Shown: positions 9,801 to 20,581, counted from the stretch's first letter. The stretch is DNA of 40,000 bases from Bifidobacterium breve (GCA_945881945.1 CAMCVO010000008.1:24461-64460), one strand, 5' to 3'. The notes: generated from the letters alone by a model not told the origin. A program made the numbers and translations.

Positions 9801-9976
9801 CGTTTGGAATTCCAATGTTTAAGATCTCTGAACCTGGTGAAATATCGTTAACTCACAATGGCGCAAGTCGAAGAGCATGGATTTCTGTCCAACTTATTGC
9901 ACTGCTAACTGTGATCGTGTTGGCATTACCAGCAGGGCGCAAGCGCCGTGAAATGCCTCTGGAGGAGCTGGTATGA
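6860..9976 (+). CDS. Large membrane-bound glycosyltransferase family 2 protein
   Basis: GT2 motifs TAIVVTHDGVTWLSEVVASLSSQ, VDTGSIDGS, LHDDCAPD and GGFDPSLELFRDDIDIGWR, followed by a multi-TM region (1038 aa). Confidence 0.9.
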   Translation: MAEKQSTRAQAQLKDQFVTAIVVTHDGVTWLSEVVASLSSQKHKVDQIIAVDTGSIDGSVKLLTNAGIEVIKKSRRTGFGAAISAAVAKLAPLDDESQQEWLWILHDDCAPDRYALAKLLEAVVARPQVGIAGPKILGWYDRKHILEVGLSITENGTRWTGLEDREHDQGQHDQVKDVLAVSTAGMLIKRSLFEELGGFDPSLELFRDDIDIGWRAHIAGHSVICVGEAILYHAEAAASERRSVDVRDAILHRPLLLDRRNAAFVLLANSSWWILPWVAIQLLFTSIGRSIIYLLAKLPGYAADEIAAVGLLIFKPADLIKSRRYRRSSRVLTARVIKPFIPSRGLQIRSIIERISSSLVSAFKPNRGEGQSIGAKNYSDLGVIDESFDEIQYQSSKSFSKIRSLVRQPLLLGVTLTLFISFLYSRNRYGSLSGGAMAVAPDSASEMIASFVSSWQLVGLGSSQAAPAWIPVIGIASFITAANPQTFIAALFFLTPTLLFILSYRAARKYSLTKQSSAFVAFLYSFSPAVLTAINQGRLGTIVIAILLPGLFTLLEKNQGLSDLTWRKIFSIVLIASLAGTFSPLFLLSWIIFHTVLFFYSYFTSPNWQLFNWREISRNLGDEKYKKRAALIFMPFFVNLPISLSLILNPVAALKEPGLAVESAGPSSIFLFNLGGPGSPPLFLLSPVLLYLVAALISKGQRNAAILSLFSISMAATLSSYFIEGNSSNAERIWSGPLVIFAQLLTLLSFFAITETLIPQLKRSNFGIKHIGLAASAVITVISIISISIWTATTGANSLVRSNQEQVIPAFISDLASTTERPKTLVIRKSPEQLQYFVTRGGDLQIGNADVASKTPSQFHDTIVDLVNGVGGSSSQILGYYGIQYVFMKNPADAGLVRIIDGIGGFTRSSATKDGVVWKVDKAHARVTYQNKVGKFFPISSSDTAATSFVPGEGVILLAEKFDKSWQLLLNGKVMELEQHPFGIPMFKISEPGEISLTHNGASRRAWISVQLIALLTVIVLALPAGRKRREMPLEELV

Positions 9977-11334
9977 AGAAGTATCAATTGAATTTGAGTA
10001 AAATTGATTTAACAAGATTAAGCTATAAGAAAATTACTATTCCGCTAGCATTTTTGATATTGGCCAGTCTTTCATATTATGCGCCAGAGAGAAGCCAGCA
10101 GATAAAGCTAACCTCTTCCTACCCAGCAACTGTTTGTCCGGCAATTGGTGACAAAGTCTCTTCAATTGCAGCTTTAACTAGTTCGAAAATAAACAGAAGA
10201 TTAATTGATGGAACTAGCAAAAGATTAAATCCGGGCAAAAGCAGCGTTATCGTCATCAAAGAAGATGCAATTTTAGTAGAAGGCAATCCGGGCACATCGC
10301 TAACTTTTGCAAACAATAGCTGGAAAGCGGTAGTGCCATGCTCGATTAGCAATGGTGAACAATGGTTTATCGGTGGCTCTGGTGGACTAACTAGCAAATC
10401 ATTTTTGTACATATCAAATAGCGGATTCAGTGAATCTGTTGTAGATATTGAGATTTTTACTCCAAATGGCTTGCTAGAACCAAGAGAGGTTTCAATCGCT
10501 CAAAATTCAACGAAAAAAATAGCAATTGATTCTTTAATTCCTGGCGAAGAAGCAATTGCGGTTGCGATCAAGACCAAATCTGGACGAGTTAGCTCTTACC
10601 TCTTTGATGAGCGAAAAAAAGGCCTTAAGTTGTTGGGCGCTGATTTTGTAGCTCCAGTGGCAATTGCTCGTAAGAGTGTAACCATTCCAGCAATTACTGG
10701 ATTGCTTGATAAGTTAGTTACAAACTCTAACTCAGTTACCCATACTCTTAGATTGCTAGTACCGTCAACAATTGATGCAAGTATTGATGTCACTGTAAAT
10801 TCAAACGATGGTAATTTTATTCCGATTGGTCTTTCACAGCTTGAGGTAAAAAGTCAGCGAGTGGTAAGCATTCCACTAACTTTTGCTCCAACTAGCCAAC
10901 CGTTCTCTGTAATAGTTGAATCAGATCAGCCTATTTTTGCCTCGGTGTTATCCAATTTTATCTTCAATAAAAGTGCTGAGATTGCGTGGGCCACCGGTGC
11001 AGATGAGTTAAAAAAATGGAGTGTGAATTTAACTGGGTCAAGACCAATTTTGAATTTTGTAGGCGAGCGAATTGATGTACAAATAAGTGCTACTGGCATC
11101 AATGGCAAAAAGATTACAAATAAAGTAACTGGGACAAATTTTGTGACTTGGCGTGCACCTACTGGATTAAATCGACTTGAGGTTACTGCAAGTAAAGGAG
11201 GAATTAGTGGGGGAGTTATATTCTTACCAGAGGTAGGAAAAATTGGTACTAGCTACCTACCGATGAACAATGGAGCTAATTTAGAAACTGCTTCTGAGCC
11301 AATATCTGATGCTCGAGTGATTAGTAGAGGCTAA
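9973..11334 (+). CDS. DUF5719-like exported/anchored protein
   Basis: 453 aa with one N-terminal hydrophobic segment. 4-nt overlap with the glycosyltransferase gene; synteny with the actinobacterial whiB2-manB cluster. Confidence 0.7.
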   Translation: MKKYQLNLSKIDLTRLSYKKITIPLAFLILASLSYYAPERSQQIKLTSSYPATVCPAIGDKVSSIAALTSSKINRRLIDGTSKRLNPGKSSVIVIKEDAILVEGNPGTSLTFANNSWKAVVPCSISNGEQWFIGGSGGLTSKSFLYISNSGFSESVVDIEIFTPNGLLEPREVSIAQNSTKKIAIDSLIPGEEAIAVAIKTKSGRVSSYLFDERKKGLKLLGADFVAPVAIARKSVTIPAITGLLDKLVTNSNSVTHTLRLLVPSTIDASIDVTVNSNDGNFIPIGLSQLEVKSQRVVSIPLTFAPTSQPFSVIVESDQPIFASVLSNFIFNKSAEIAWATGADELKKWSVNLTGSRPILNFVGERIDVQISATGINGKKITNKVTGTNFVTWRAPTGLNRLEVTASKGGISGGVIFLPEVGKIGTSYLPMNNGANLETASEPISDARVISRG

Positions 11335-11373
11335 ATCCCAACTTTTCCACCCAAGTCGTATTAACCTGCTTAC

Positions 11374-11724
11374 ATGCGAAGAAGTGGAAGTCGCCGATGC
11401 TCTCGAGCTAGTTGTACTAGCGCTGCCATTAAAACCCTCACTTACATATATTCAGATTCAACTGCAGTTCTTGGTCCGCTCTCAACTTATGCAGAGCCAC
11501 ATAATTACGATCTATGTGCAGAACATAGTGAGCGATTAACAGTTCCGGTTGGTTGGAATGTAATAAAAGAAGAGATTGTTGTTCAAAATACTGGTCCGTC
11601 AGATGAAGATTTAATGGCTATTGCCGATGCAGTACGTGAGGTAGCAGGTTCAGATTTAGCAAGCAAAAGTATGCAGCCAGAACTTGGCCGCCGAGGCCAT
11701 CTTCGGGTATTGCCCTCAAATTAA
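11374..11724 (+). CDS. DUF3499-like protein
   Basis: MRRSGSRRCSRASCTSAAIKTLTYIYSDSTAVLGPLSTYAEPHNYDLCAEHSERLTVPVGW; conserved position before manB. Confidence 0.85.
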   Translation: MRRSGSRRCSRASCTSAAIKTLTYIYSDSTAVLGPLSTYAEPHNYDLCAEHSERLTVPVGWNVIKEEIVVQNTGPSDEDLMAIADAVREVAGSDLASKSMQPELGRRGHLRVLPSN

Positions 11725-11763
11725 TTTTTAAATTCTATCGTCAACCCCTAAGTTAAGGGCATT

Positions 11764-13110
11764 ATGCTTGAGAAAATAATTAAGGCCTACGACATAAGAG
11801 GCTTAGTAAAAAACGAGGTAACGCCAGACTTCTCATTTTCCTTAGGAATTGCCTTTGCAAAGTTTCTTGAGACTGAACGTGAACCAGCCACAATAGTGGT
11901 GGGTGAAGATATGCGATTATCCTCAGCCCCATTGGCTGATGCATTTTCAGATGGTGCAACCAGTCAAGGGATGGATGTAATAAGAATCGGTTTAGCTTCA
12001 ACTGACATGCTTTATTTTGCCTCTGGCAAATTGAATTTACCTGGAGTGATGTTTACGGCAAGTCATAATCCAGCCAAATATAATGGGATGAAACTTTGCA
12101 AAAGTGGTGCGCGACCAATTGGTCAAGAATCTGGATTGGTGAAAATCCGTAAGTTAATTGAAGAGGGGGTACCGATCTCTAATCGCCCGGTAGGCAGTGT
12201 TAGAAAACAAGATCTACTTAATGACTATGTTGATTATTTAATAGCAAGATTTCCAAGAAATACCTTTAAAAAGCGAAAATTAAAAGTAGTAATCGATGCC
12301 GGTAACGGGATGGCCGGCTTTACTGCGCCAGCTGTTATGCAGCGGTTAAATGTTGATTTAACTCCTATGTACTTTGAATTAGATGGAGATTTTCCAAACC
12401 ATGAGGCAAATCCAATCGAACCAGAGAATTTAAAAGCTTTACAGAAAAAAGTGAAAAAAGAAAAAGCAGATATTGGCTTAGCCTTTGATGGTGATGCTGA
12501 CAGGTGTTTTTTAATTGATGAAAACGGTGATTTAGTAAATCCCTCAGCGCTGACTTGTTTGATTGCAGCTCGGGAATTAAAAGCGAATCCTGGTTCAACG
12601 ATTATCTACAATCTAATATCTTCTAAGGCAGTATCAGAAGTCATCACAGAAAAAGGTGGGAATGCTTTGCGCAGCAGGGTTGGTCATTCATATATAAAAA
12701 CTTTAATGGCTGAGTCTGGCGCGGTATTTGGAGGGGAACACTCTGGTCATTTTTATTTTGAAGATTTCTGGGGAGCAGATTCTGGTATGTTGGCAGCTCT
12801 TTATGCTTTGGCTGAGTTGATGGCAACCCCTAAGTCACTTTCAACTTTGTTAGAACCTTATATTCGATACGTTTCTAGTGGTGAGATAAATAGTAAGGTT
12901 AAAGATGCCAATAAATCTATCCAATTAGTTAAAGATAAATATCAAGATAATTACCAAATCGATGAGTTAGATGGTTTAACAGTTACTGCCGAAAATTGGT
13001 GGTTCAATCTTCGGGCGTCAAATACTGAGCCATTACTTAGGCTAAATGTTGAGGCCGATACGCAAAAGCAGATGGCAGAGATTAGGGACACAGTTCTTAA
13101 CCTTATTTAA
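11764..13110 (+). CDS. manB: Phosphomannomutase/phosphoglucomutase
   Basis: IIKAYDIRGLV, TASHNPAKYNGMKLC, GLAFDGDADRCFLIDE and GGEHSGHFYF. Confidence 0.95.
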   Translation: MLEKIIKAYDIRGLVKNEVTPDFSFSLGIAFAKFLETEREPATIVVGEDMRLSSAPLADAFSDGATSQGMDVIRIGLASTDMLYFASGKLNLPGVMFTASHNPAKYNGMKLCKSGARPIGQESGLVKIRKLIEEGVPISNRPVGSVRKQDLLNDYVDYLIARFPRNTFKKRKLKVVIDAGNGMAGFTAPAVMQRLNVDLTPMYFELDGDFPNHEANPIEPENLKALQKKVKKEKADIGLAFDGDADRCFLIDENGDLVNPSALTCLIAARELKANPGSTIIYNLISSKAVSEVITEKGGNALRSRVGHSYIKTLMAESGAVFGGEHSGHFYFEDFWGADSGMLAALYALAELMATPKSLSTLLEPYIRYVSSGEINSKVKDANKSIQLVKDKYQDNYQIDELDGLTVTAENWWFNLRASNTEPLLRLNVEADTQKQMAEIRDTVLNLI

Positions 13111-13201
13111 AGGTGATAAATCATTTGAGACAGGGTATCTTTGCCTTATAGCCAATCGATGCAGAGTATTGATTAATTAGCTTAAATAATTAGGAGATTA
13201 A

Positions 13202-14479
13202 ATGAGCACCACAACGGCCATTAAAAATGACATTGCCGATTCAAAATTAGCCGCAGAGGGTAAAAAGCGGATTGAGTGGGCGGCCCGCAATATGCCAGTT
13301 CTGGCACAAATAAAAGAAAGATTTGCTAAAGAGAAACCGTTTACCGGCGTACGGATTGCTGCTTGTATGCATGTAACAACTGAAACTGCGAATTTGATGT
13401 TGGCATTAAAAGCTGGTGGTGCTGACTTAGCTCTATGTGCTTCAAATCCTCTTTCAACTCAGGATGACACAGCTGCGGCATTAGTCCATGAGTATGGAAT
13501 TTCAGTCTTTGCAAGAAATGCAGTTGATCGTGATGGTTACTACGGACATTTAAACTCTGCACTAGACATAAAACCACAATTAGTATTTGATGATGGTTGC
13601 GATTTAGTTAACGTTTTACACACCACTCGCACCGAGTTAATTGATGGCGTAATGGCAGGTTGCGAGGAGACGACAACCGGGGTTATTCGTCTTAGCCAAA
13701 TGGCTAAAGATGGCGCACTTAAGTTTCCTATGATTGCAGTAAATGACACTGACACCAAGCATATGTTTGATAATCGTTATGGAACTGGTCAATCGACATT
13801 TGATGCGATATTTCGTGCAACTAATACGCTAGTCGCAGGAAAGATAGTGGTAGTCGCTGGATTTGGATACTGTGGTAAAGGAGTTGCTGAGCGCGCAAAA
13901 GGTATGGGCGCCGAGGTTATTGTTACTGAAATTGATCCAACTAAAGCATTAGATGCATTGATGCAAGGATTCAGGGTCATGCCAATGACTGAGGCTGCTG
14001 CAATTGGCGACCTATTTATCACGGTGACTGGTAACCGTGATGTGCTACGCGATGAGCACTTCAACCAGATGAAAGATGGTGCGATATTGGCCAACTCAGG
14101 CCACTTTGATATTGAGATTGATGTGGCATGGTTAGAAAAAAATGCAAAGCAGAAAAATTCCAAGATGCGTCATCAAACAGATGAGTATGTGTTGACTGAT
14201 GGGCGTCGAATCTTGCTAATTGCAGAGGGCAGACTTGCAAATCTTGGTGCTGCTGAAGGTCACCCAGCCTCTGTAATGGATATGTCTTTCTCAGATCAAG
14301 CGTTAACAGCAGAGTGGTTGCTAAAGGCAGGAAAAGATCTGCCAGCTGGATTGCATAATGTTCCAATTTCAATTGATAAAGATGTCGCCCGGATGAAACT
14401 TGCAAGCATGGGGTCGGCTTTAGATGTATTAACTCCCGCTCAGGAGCTTTATTTGAACTCCTGGGAACACGGTTCCTAA
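13202..14479 (+). CDS. ahcY: Adenosylhomocysteinase
   Basis: GVRIAACMHVTTETANLMLALKAGGADLALCASNPLSTQDD, VVAGFGYCGKGVAERAKGMGA and GHFDIEID. Confidence 0.97.
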   Translation: MSTTTAIKNDIADSKLAAEGKKRIEWAARNMPVLAQIKERFAKEKPFTGVRIAACMHVTTETANLMLALKAGGADLALCASNPLSTQDDTAAALVHEYGISVFARNAVDRDGYYGHLNSALDIKPQLVFDDGCDLVNVLHTTRTELIDGVMAGCEETTTGVIRLSQMAKDGALKFPMIAVNDTDTKHMFDNRYGTGQSTFDAIFRATNTLVAGKIVVVAGFGYCGKGVAERAKGMGAEVIVTEIDPTKALDALMQGFRVMPMTEAAAIGDLFITVTGNRDVLRDEHFNQMKDGAILANSGHFDIEIDVAWLEKNAKQKNSKMRHQTDEYVLTDGRRILLIAEGRLANLGAAEGHPASVMDMSFSDQALTAEWLLKAGKDLPAGLHNVPISIDKDVARMKLASMGSALDVLTPAQELYLNSWEHGS

Positions 14480-15154
14480 ATGCCATTAGTCATGGTTGTT
14501 GATGACGACCAAGACTTAGCCGAGATGCTTAGCATCGTTTTGACTGGTGTTGGCATGGAGGTTGAATTAGTAAATCGTGGTGATCAAGTTATGGGGTTAT
14601 TTAATGCAAAAAATCCTGATTTAGTTTTATTAGATGTAATGTTGCCCGGCATTGATGGCATTGAGGTTTGCAAAATTATCAGAGAAAAATCAATGGTTCC
14701 AATTGTGATGCTTACCGCAAAAGGTGATACCCATGATGTGGTTTTAGGGCTTGAAGCCGGTGCGGATGATTACATGATTAAGCCATTTAAACCTCAGGAG
14801 TTAGTTGCAAGGATCAATACAAGACTAAGGCGAGTGGCAAAAGTAGGGACTCTAGGAGTATGCGATTTAATTATTGATCAGATGGAGCATAAAGTATTAA
14901 AGAATGGCAAGGAAATTGCTTTGACCAGATTAGAGTTTGATTTACTAGCAGCGCTAGCAAAAGAGCCTGGTCGAGTTTTTACTCGCGAAGCATTATTGAA
15001 TGAGGTATGGGGATATCAGCATGCAGCTGATACCAGATTAGTTAATGTTCATGTACAGCGTTTGCGCTCCAAAATTGAGAGTGATGTCGATAATCCTGAA
15101 TATGTATTAACCGTGCGAGGTGTTGGGTATAAGGCGGGGGCGGCTAAGGTTTAG
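14480..15154 (+). CDS. mtrA: OmpR-type response regulator MtrA
   Basis: Receiver (VVDDDQDLAEML, PDLVLLDVMLPGIDGIEVC, GADDYMIKPFKPQELVARI) plus winged-helix domain. Adjacent to the mtrB-like kinase. Confidence 0.95.
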   Translation: MPLVMVVDDDQDLAEMLSIVLTGVGMEVELVNRGDQVMGLFNAKNPDLVLLDVMLPGIDGIEVCKIIREKSMVPIVMLTAKGDTHDVVLGLEAGADDYMIKPFKPQELVARINTRLRRVAKVGTLGVCDLIIDQMEHKVLKNGKEIALTRLEFDLLAALAKEPGRVFTREALLNEVWGYQHAADTRLVNVHVQRLRSKIESDVDNPEYVLTVRGVGYKAGAAKV

Positions 15155-15156
15155 CC

Positions 15157-16713
15157 ATGCTCCAAGGCAAATTCAAGATTAGAAAATCCCTCAGTCTTAA
15201 AGTACTGCTTTCTAGTATTGGGTTTGCGATGCTAATTACAACATTAATTGGACTTTCGGTTCATAATCGCGTTGCTGCAACCATCATTAATGAAAAAATT
15301 GCAATCTCGAAAGTCGAAACCTCAAGATCGATTAATCTGGCTCAGAGTAATTTCAACATTGCAAGATTCAGAAATAATGCTGGCTTAAACCAAGTTGTTA
15401 AAGATTTTATCTCTTCTAGCCGTGAAGATGGACTCCTTTCAGGCCGAGAAACTGTTCTCTTACCTTATGCAAAAGATGCAAATCAACAGAGTATTTATCA
15501 AACAATCCCAGCACTTCTTTTACTTGAAACAATTTCAGAAGATTTTCGACAAGAAGTAAGGCAATCTGAAGAAGTTGTTGATCAAAGAGTTGTGATCAGA
15601 TATGAAGATGGTACTGAGTACCCTGGATTTTTGATTGGTGGCATATTAGATATTCCTCGCACGGGGCAATATGAAATTTATTATCTTTTTAATCTAGATG
15701 CACAGTATGAAAGTATTGCCGTTATAACTTGGACGTTACTAGGTGCTGGCGTGCTCTTAGTAATGCTGATTGGTTTGAGCACTCAATTTGTCATTCGCCA
15801 AGTTGTTTCTCCAGTACAACAAGCAGCCGCAGTTGCAGAGAAATTTACACAGGGTGACTTGACCAGCCGTATGTCAGTGTCAAGTGACGATGAACTGGCC
15901 AGTTTAGGAAGATCATTTAATGAAATGGCAGTTGCAATTCAACAGCAAATCGCCAGATTAGAAAACCTTTCCATGCTGCAACAGAGATTTGTTTCAGATG
16001 TTTCACATGAGTTAAGAACTCCGCTAACAACCTTGCGCATGGCAGCTGAGGTTATATATCAACAGAAAGAAGTTTTTGAGCCAAACATATCCAGAAGTAG
16101 TGAGTTGTTAATAAATCAAATAGATCGTTTTGAACTGCTCCTCTCTGATCTACTTGAAGTTAGTAGATTTGATGCTGAAGCAGCATCATTAGGAGTTGTT
16201 ACTTTTGACCTTGTCCAGTTATTGCAAAAAACTGTTGAATATTTACACCCAAGTAAATCAGCACTATTTGAGATTGATTCACCAGATAAACCAATCCAGA
16301 TTGAAGGCGATCCAAGGCGAATTGAAAGAATTCTCCGTAATCTAATTTCAAATGCAGTAGATCATGGTGAAGGTAAAAAAGTAAAGGTTCAACTTAAAGA
16401 AAGTGAAAATGAAGTTGCTGTGGGAGTTCGAGATTATGGCTTAGGATTTAAAGAGGAGGATGGACCATATTTGTTTGATCGATTTTGGCGAGCAGACCCA
16501 TCAAGAGCCAGAACTAGTGGTGGTACAGGGCTTGGACTTTCGATCGCTTTAGAAGATGCAAAACTTCATCAAGGTCAATTATTGGCTTGGGGAAAACCTC
16601 TACAGGGTGCTCACTTTGTATTAACGCTGCCAAAGCTACACGGTAACTCAGTGCAGTTATTTCCGATTGCATTAACGCCAGAGGATGCTTTATCAACATC
16701 AACAAAAAGTTAA
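15157..16713 (+). CDS. mtrB: Sensor histidine kinase MtrB
   Basis: TM-sensor-TM-HAMP, DVSHELRTPLTTLRMAAEVIY H-box, RILRNLISNAVDHGEG N-box, GTGLGLSI G-box. Confidence 0.95.
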   Translation: MLQGKFKIRKSLSLKVLLSSIGFAMLITTLIGLSVHNRVAATIINEKIAISKVETSRSINLAQSNFNIARFRNNAGLNQVVKDFISSSREDGLLSGRETVLLPYAKDANQQSIYQTIPALLLLETISEDFRQEVRQSEEVVDQRVVIRYEDGTEYPGFLIGGILDIPRTGQYEIYYLFNLDAQYESIAVITWTLLGAGVLLVMLIGLSTQFVIRQVVSPVQQAAAVAEKFTQGDLTSRMSVSSDDELASLGRSFNEMAVAIQQQIARLENLSMLQQRFVSDVSHELRTPLTTLRMAAEVIYQQKEVFEPNISRSSELLINQIDRFELLLSDLLEVSRFDAEAASLGVVTFDLVQLLQKTVEYLHPSKSALFEIDSPDKPIQIEGDPRRIERILRNLISNAVDHGEGKKVKVQLKESENEVAVGVRDYGLGFKEEDGPYLFDRFWRADPSRARTSGGTGLGLSIALEDAKLHQGQLLAWGKPLQGAHFVLTLPKLHGNSVQLFPIALTPEDALSTSTKS

Positions 16714-17419
16714 CAATTATCATCTTCAATCCTGCTATAAATGCAAGGTGATTGCTTCTTTAAAATCTTTAAAGGAGTTACTTTTTCCAATTTCTTGTAT
16801 CAGTTGCGCAGCCCCTGATTATTGGCTTTGCAGTCTTTGCCAGAAAGAATGGAAAGTGAGTACTAAAAAAAGTTATATTGGCAGAAGTCCTTTGTACTAT
16901 AAGACAGGCTATAGTAATAAAACAGCTGCAGTCATATTATCGGCAAAAGAAAATAATAATCTTGCTGCAGTTAATTTACTCGCTGAGAGTATTTCGCAAT
17001 CAATTCTCTATGCAATCGAGGATTTAGAGATTAAGGGTGATATTTCTCTAGTAACGATCCCATCTTCACCTTCTGCAATTAGAAGACGTGGTCGAAATCA
17101 TATCCAAGTGCTTGCAGTTGAGGTTCAAAAATATCTTGGAGCAAAAGCTGTTACATCGAATATTCTCACCATACTGACTCAAAGAAAAAATACAAAAGAT
17201 CAGAGCGGATTAAACAGCAGGCAGCGAATTGAAAATACCTATGAAATGTTCAGGGCTACTTCCTGTGAGAATTCTCAAGGGGCAATTTTTCTCATTGACG
17301 ATCTAGTGACCACGGGTGCATCAATCATGGAGGGCATTCGGGCTCTTTTTGAAGCCAAAATCACGGTCACTGCATCGATTACAGCGTGTGCAGTCGGACG
17401 AAATTCTCTAATACCATAA
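16685..17419 (+). CDS. ComF family phosphoribosyltransferase (exact start uncertain)
   Basis: Zn-binding-like CISCAAPDYWLCSLC, PSSPSAIRRRGRNHI and PRPP motif IFLIDDLVTTGASI. Located between mtrB and secA. Confidence 0.88.
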   Translation: MLYQHQQKVNNYHLQSCYKCKVIASLKSLKELLFPISCISCAAPDYWLCSLCQKEWKVSTKKSYIGRSPLYYKTGYSNKTAAVILSAKENNNLAAVNLLAESISQSILYAIEDLEIKGDISLVTIPSSPSAIRRRGRNHIQVLAVEVQKYLGAKAVTSNILTILTQRKNTKDQSGLNSRQRIENTYEMFRATSCENSQGAIFLIDDLVTTGASIMEGIRALFEAKITVTASITACAVGRNSLIP

Positions 17420-17465
17420 GCCCCTGAGTATCTTTAATTATTCAAGAGTTTAGCGGAGGATCTTT

Positions 17466-20126
17466 GTGGGTTTATTAGACAAGATTTTGCGTGCGGGCGA
17501 AGGCAAAGCTGTTAAACAGCTAGCAAAAATTGCACTAGAGGTTAATAGATTTGAAAATCAAATAGCATCATTAGATGATGAGAAGCTACAAAGTAAAACT
17601 GCAGAGTTTAAATCGCGGTATGAGAATGGCGAAACTCTAGATTCTATTTTGCCTGAAGCCTTTGCCGTTGTACGAGAAGCAGCAAAACGAACTCTGGGGC
17701 AACGTCATTATGATGTACAAGTGATGGGTGGTGCTGCACTTCACCGAGGAAATATTTCAGAAATGAAAACTGGTGAGGGCAAAACCTTAGTTTCAACCCT
17801 ACCGGCATATTTAAATGCTCTTACTGGCAAAGGTGTCCACATTGTTACTGTCAATGATTATTTAGCAGAGCGTGATAGTGAATGGATGGGTCGGGTTCAT
17901 AGATTTCTTGGTCTAAAAGTAGGAGTAATCCTTGCCAGCATGTCATCTTCTGAACGGCGTGATGCATACGCAGCAGATATAACTTATGGCACCAACAATG
18001 AGTTCGGGTTTGATTATTTGCGAGACAACATGGCATGGAGTTTGGCAGATTGTGTGCAGCGTGATCATAACTTTGCAATTGTTGATGAGGTTGACTCAAT
18101 CTTGATTGATGAGGCACGAACTCCGCTTATTATTTCTGGGCCGGCAGATAAACCAACTAAGTGGTATGTCGAGTTTGCTAATTTGGTAGCAAAACTAAAT
18201 CTTGGTCAACATTACGAAGTGGATACAAAAAAGCGAACAGTTGGTATTTTAGAAGAGGGAGTAACTCGGGTTGAAGAAGCGCTAGGAATTGAAAACCTCT
18301 ATGAGGCAGTAAATACTCCAATGATCGGATATCTAAATAATGCGATTCGGGCTAAAGAATTGTTTAAGCGAGACAAAGATTATGTAGTAATGAACGGCGA
18401 GCTGCTAATTGTTGATGAACATACCGGTCGAATGCTTGCTGGCCGGCGTTATAGCGAGGGATTACACCAAGCTCTAGAGGCTAAAGAGCGGATTGAAATC
18501 CAAAATGAGAATCAAACATTGGCGACAATCACCCTACAGAACTACTTCCGCTTATATAAAAAATTAAGCGGCATGACCGGTACCGCAATGACTGAAGCTT
18601 CGGAGTTCATGCAAATATATAAATTAGGTGTTATTCCAATTCCAACGAACAAAGATATGCAAAGAATTGATCAATCCGACTTAATTTACAAATCTGAGGC
18701 CGGTAAATTTGTCGCAGTAGCAGATGACATAGTTGAGCGACATAAAAAAGGGCAACCAGTATTGGTTGGAACAGTCAGTGTTGAGAAATCAGAAGAGCTG
18801 TCTGCAATTTTGAAAAAGCGTGGCATTCCTCACGAAGTATTGAACGCTAAGCAACATGAACGAGAAGCAGCGATTATTGCTCGTGCTGGCACAGTTGGTG
18901 CGGTCACAGTTGCAACTAATATGGCCGGCCGTGGAACGGACATTATGCTTGGCGGTAATCCAGAATTTATGGCAGATTTTGAGTTACAACGTAAAGGATT
19001 GAATCCAGTTGATTCACCACAAGAGTATGAAAAAGCTTGGCCAAGTGAGATTGAAAAACAAAAAGCAGCGGTGGTAAAAGAGCATGAATCGGTAGTTTCA
19101 TTAGGTGGCTTATATGTTTTGGGTACCGAACGCCATGAATCTCGACGTATTGATAACCAGCTTCGAGGTCGTTCTGGCCGTCAAGGTGATCCAGGAGAAT
19201 CAAGATTTTATTTATCTCTGCAAGATGAGTTAATGCGCAGATTTAACTCTGGTTTAGTTGAAAGATTCTTGGGTGCCGCTGGCATGCCAGAGGAAACCCC
19301 ACTGGAGTCAAAGATTGTTAGTAATGCAATCAAATCTGCTCAAACTCAGGTTGAGTCGTTAAATTTTGAAATGCGTAAGAATGTTTTGAAGTACGACGAT
19401 GTGATGAATAAACAGCGAACAGTTGTATATTCGGAAAGACGTGAAGTTTTAGAAGGTGTTGATATTAAGGAGCTAGTTGAAGTCTCACTGAAAGAGACAA
19501 TTACCGCTTATGTAAATTCAGCAACACAGACAGGCGTGGCTGAGGATTGGGATCTAAAAACTCTATGGAATGCCCTAAGGACTCTGTATCCAATCTCCTT
19601 TACTTCTGAGCAGATGCTGTCTGAAATTGGCGGGGCTGTTGCATTAGATAATGATTATTTGCTGGAGAGAATTTTGGAAGATTCAAGACAAGCATATGAA
19701 AAGCGCGAATCGGAATTAACCCCTACCGTAATGCGGGAGCTTGAGCGAAAAATTCTGCTTTCAGTCCTAGACCGTAAGTGGCGTGAGCATCTTTATGAAA
19801 TGGACTACTTACAAGAGGGGATTGGCTTGCGCGCAATGGCTCAGCGAGATCCACTTGTTGAATATCAGCGGGAAGGCTTTGATTTATTTTCAGCGATGAT
19901 GGAGGCTGTTAAAGAAGAGCTTGTCAGTTTTGTTTTCAATGTTGAAGTCCAAGTGGAAGGTGATCAGGTTGGTGCAAAAGGATTAACTCCTGCGCCCGCG
20001 CCGATTGCAGCACTTCAATACTCTGATGCTGAGACTAAGCCAACTGTTGCTGGTGGAACTTCAAAAAATGCCCCTTGTCCATGTGGCTCTGGTAAGAAAT
20101 ACAAGAGATGTCATGGGGAAATTTAA
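17466..20126 (+). CDS. secA: Preprotein translocase ATPase SecA
   Basis: [57 protein letters not shown] and C-terminal SEC-C zinc motif [16 protein letters not shown]. Confidence 0.99.
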   Translation: MGLLDKILRAGEGKAVKQLAKIALEVNRFENQIASLDDEKLQSKTAEFKSRYENGETLDSILPEAFAVVREAAKRTLGQRHYDVQVMGGAALHRGNISEMKTGEGKTLVSTLPAYLNALTGKGVHIVTVNDYLAERDSEWMGRVHRFLGLKVGVILASMSSSERRDAYAADITYGTNNEFGFDYLRDNMAWSLADCVQRDHNFAIVDEVDSILIDEARTPLIISGPADKPTKWYVEFANLVAKLNLGQHYEVDTKKRTVGILEEGVTRVEEALGIENLYEAVNTPMIGYLNNAIRAKELFKRDKDYVVMNGELLIVDEHTGRMLAGRRYSEGLHQALEAKERIEIQNENQTLATITLQNYFRLYKKLSGMTGTAMTEASEFMQIYKLGVIPIPTNKDMQRIDQSDLIYKSEAGKFVAVADDIVERHKKGQPVLVGTVSVEKSEELSAILKKRGIPHEVLNAKQHEREAAIIARAGTVGAVTVATNMAGRGTDIMLGGNPEFMADFELQRKGLNPVDSPQEYEKAWPSEIEKQKAAVVKEHESVVSLGGLYVLGTERHESRRIDNQLRGRSGRQGDPGESRFYLSLQDELMRRFNSGLVERFLGAAGMPEETPLESKIVSNAIKSAQTQVESLNFEMRKNVLKYDDVMNKQRTVVYSERREVLEGVDIKELVEVSLKETITAYVNSATQTGVAEDWDLKTLWNALRTLYPISFTSEQMLSEIGGAVALDNDYLLERILEDSRQAYEKRESELTPTVMRELERKILLSVLDRKWREHLYEMDYLQEGIGLRAMAQRDPLVEYQREGFDLFSAMMEAVKEELVSFVFNVEVQVEGDQVGAKGLTPAPAPIAALQYSDAETKPTVAGGTSKNAPCPCGSGKKYKRCHGEI

Positions 20127-20581
20127 ATCAAATTTAAATCAGTGCAGATCCATCGCTTGTCTACTCCTTCAAGTCTTAAAGAAAGTGATCTAACTCGGTC
20201 AATAACTCGCAAAGTTACGGTAACTTCAACTACCCCTTCAATGGGTTGGTTTAAATAGATCTTCCTGATCTGACATTTTTGTGTTGCGGCGCTCACGTGC
20301 TCAAGGATTTGCTTTTGTGCAGAACGGTGACAATTACCAGATAACTGAGAGATTGATCTTCGACCAGACCAAACCTCAATTACTCTAATTACAAAAGATT
20401 CACACCACCTGCTTACCTCAGGAAGCTCAGATAAACCTGACGGTATTGGTGAGAACTTTGGGTGTAACCACTCAATACCAAACTCTTTATCAACTGCTGG
20501 AACCAGGTAGAGCTTATTTTTCAAAACCTTTTCGGTAGAGATTACAGTTTGGTTATTTGTCATAACCAGATCCTTGATCAT
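20123..20581 (-). CDS. DUF6459-like protein of unknown function (start may be 20563)
   Basis: 152 aa ORF convergent with secA, the position occupied by this family in other actinobacteria; [33 protein letters not shown]. Confidence 0.65.
   Translation of the reverse strand: MIKDLVMTNNQTVISTEKVLKNKLYLVPAVDKEFGIEWLHPKFSPIPSGLSELPEVSRWCESFVIRVIEVWSGRRSISQLSGNCHRSAQKQILEHVSAATQKCQIRKIYLNQPIEGVVEVTVTLRVIDRVRSLSLRLEGVDKRWICTDLNLI

Noticed and set aside
13111-13201. Possible SAH/SAM-type riboswitch upstream of ahcY
   Set aside because: The 91-nt gap lacks a recognisable SAH or SAM riboswitch core or strong paired helices; only an SD-like AGGAG before the ATG.
13341-14486. Minus-strand ORFs of 72-141 aa inside ahcY
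   Set aside because: Antisense to a highly conserved gene with composition typical of shadow ORFs.
16514-16729. 71 aa minus-strand ORF at the mtrB/comF junction
   Set aside because: Overlaps the conserved mtrB G-box region on the opposite strand; no independent support.
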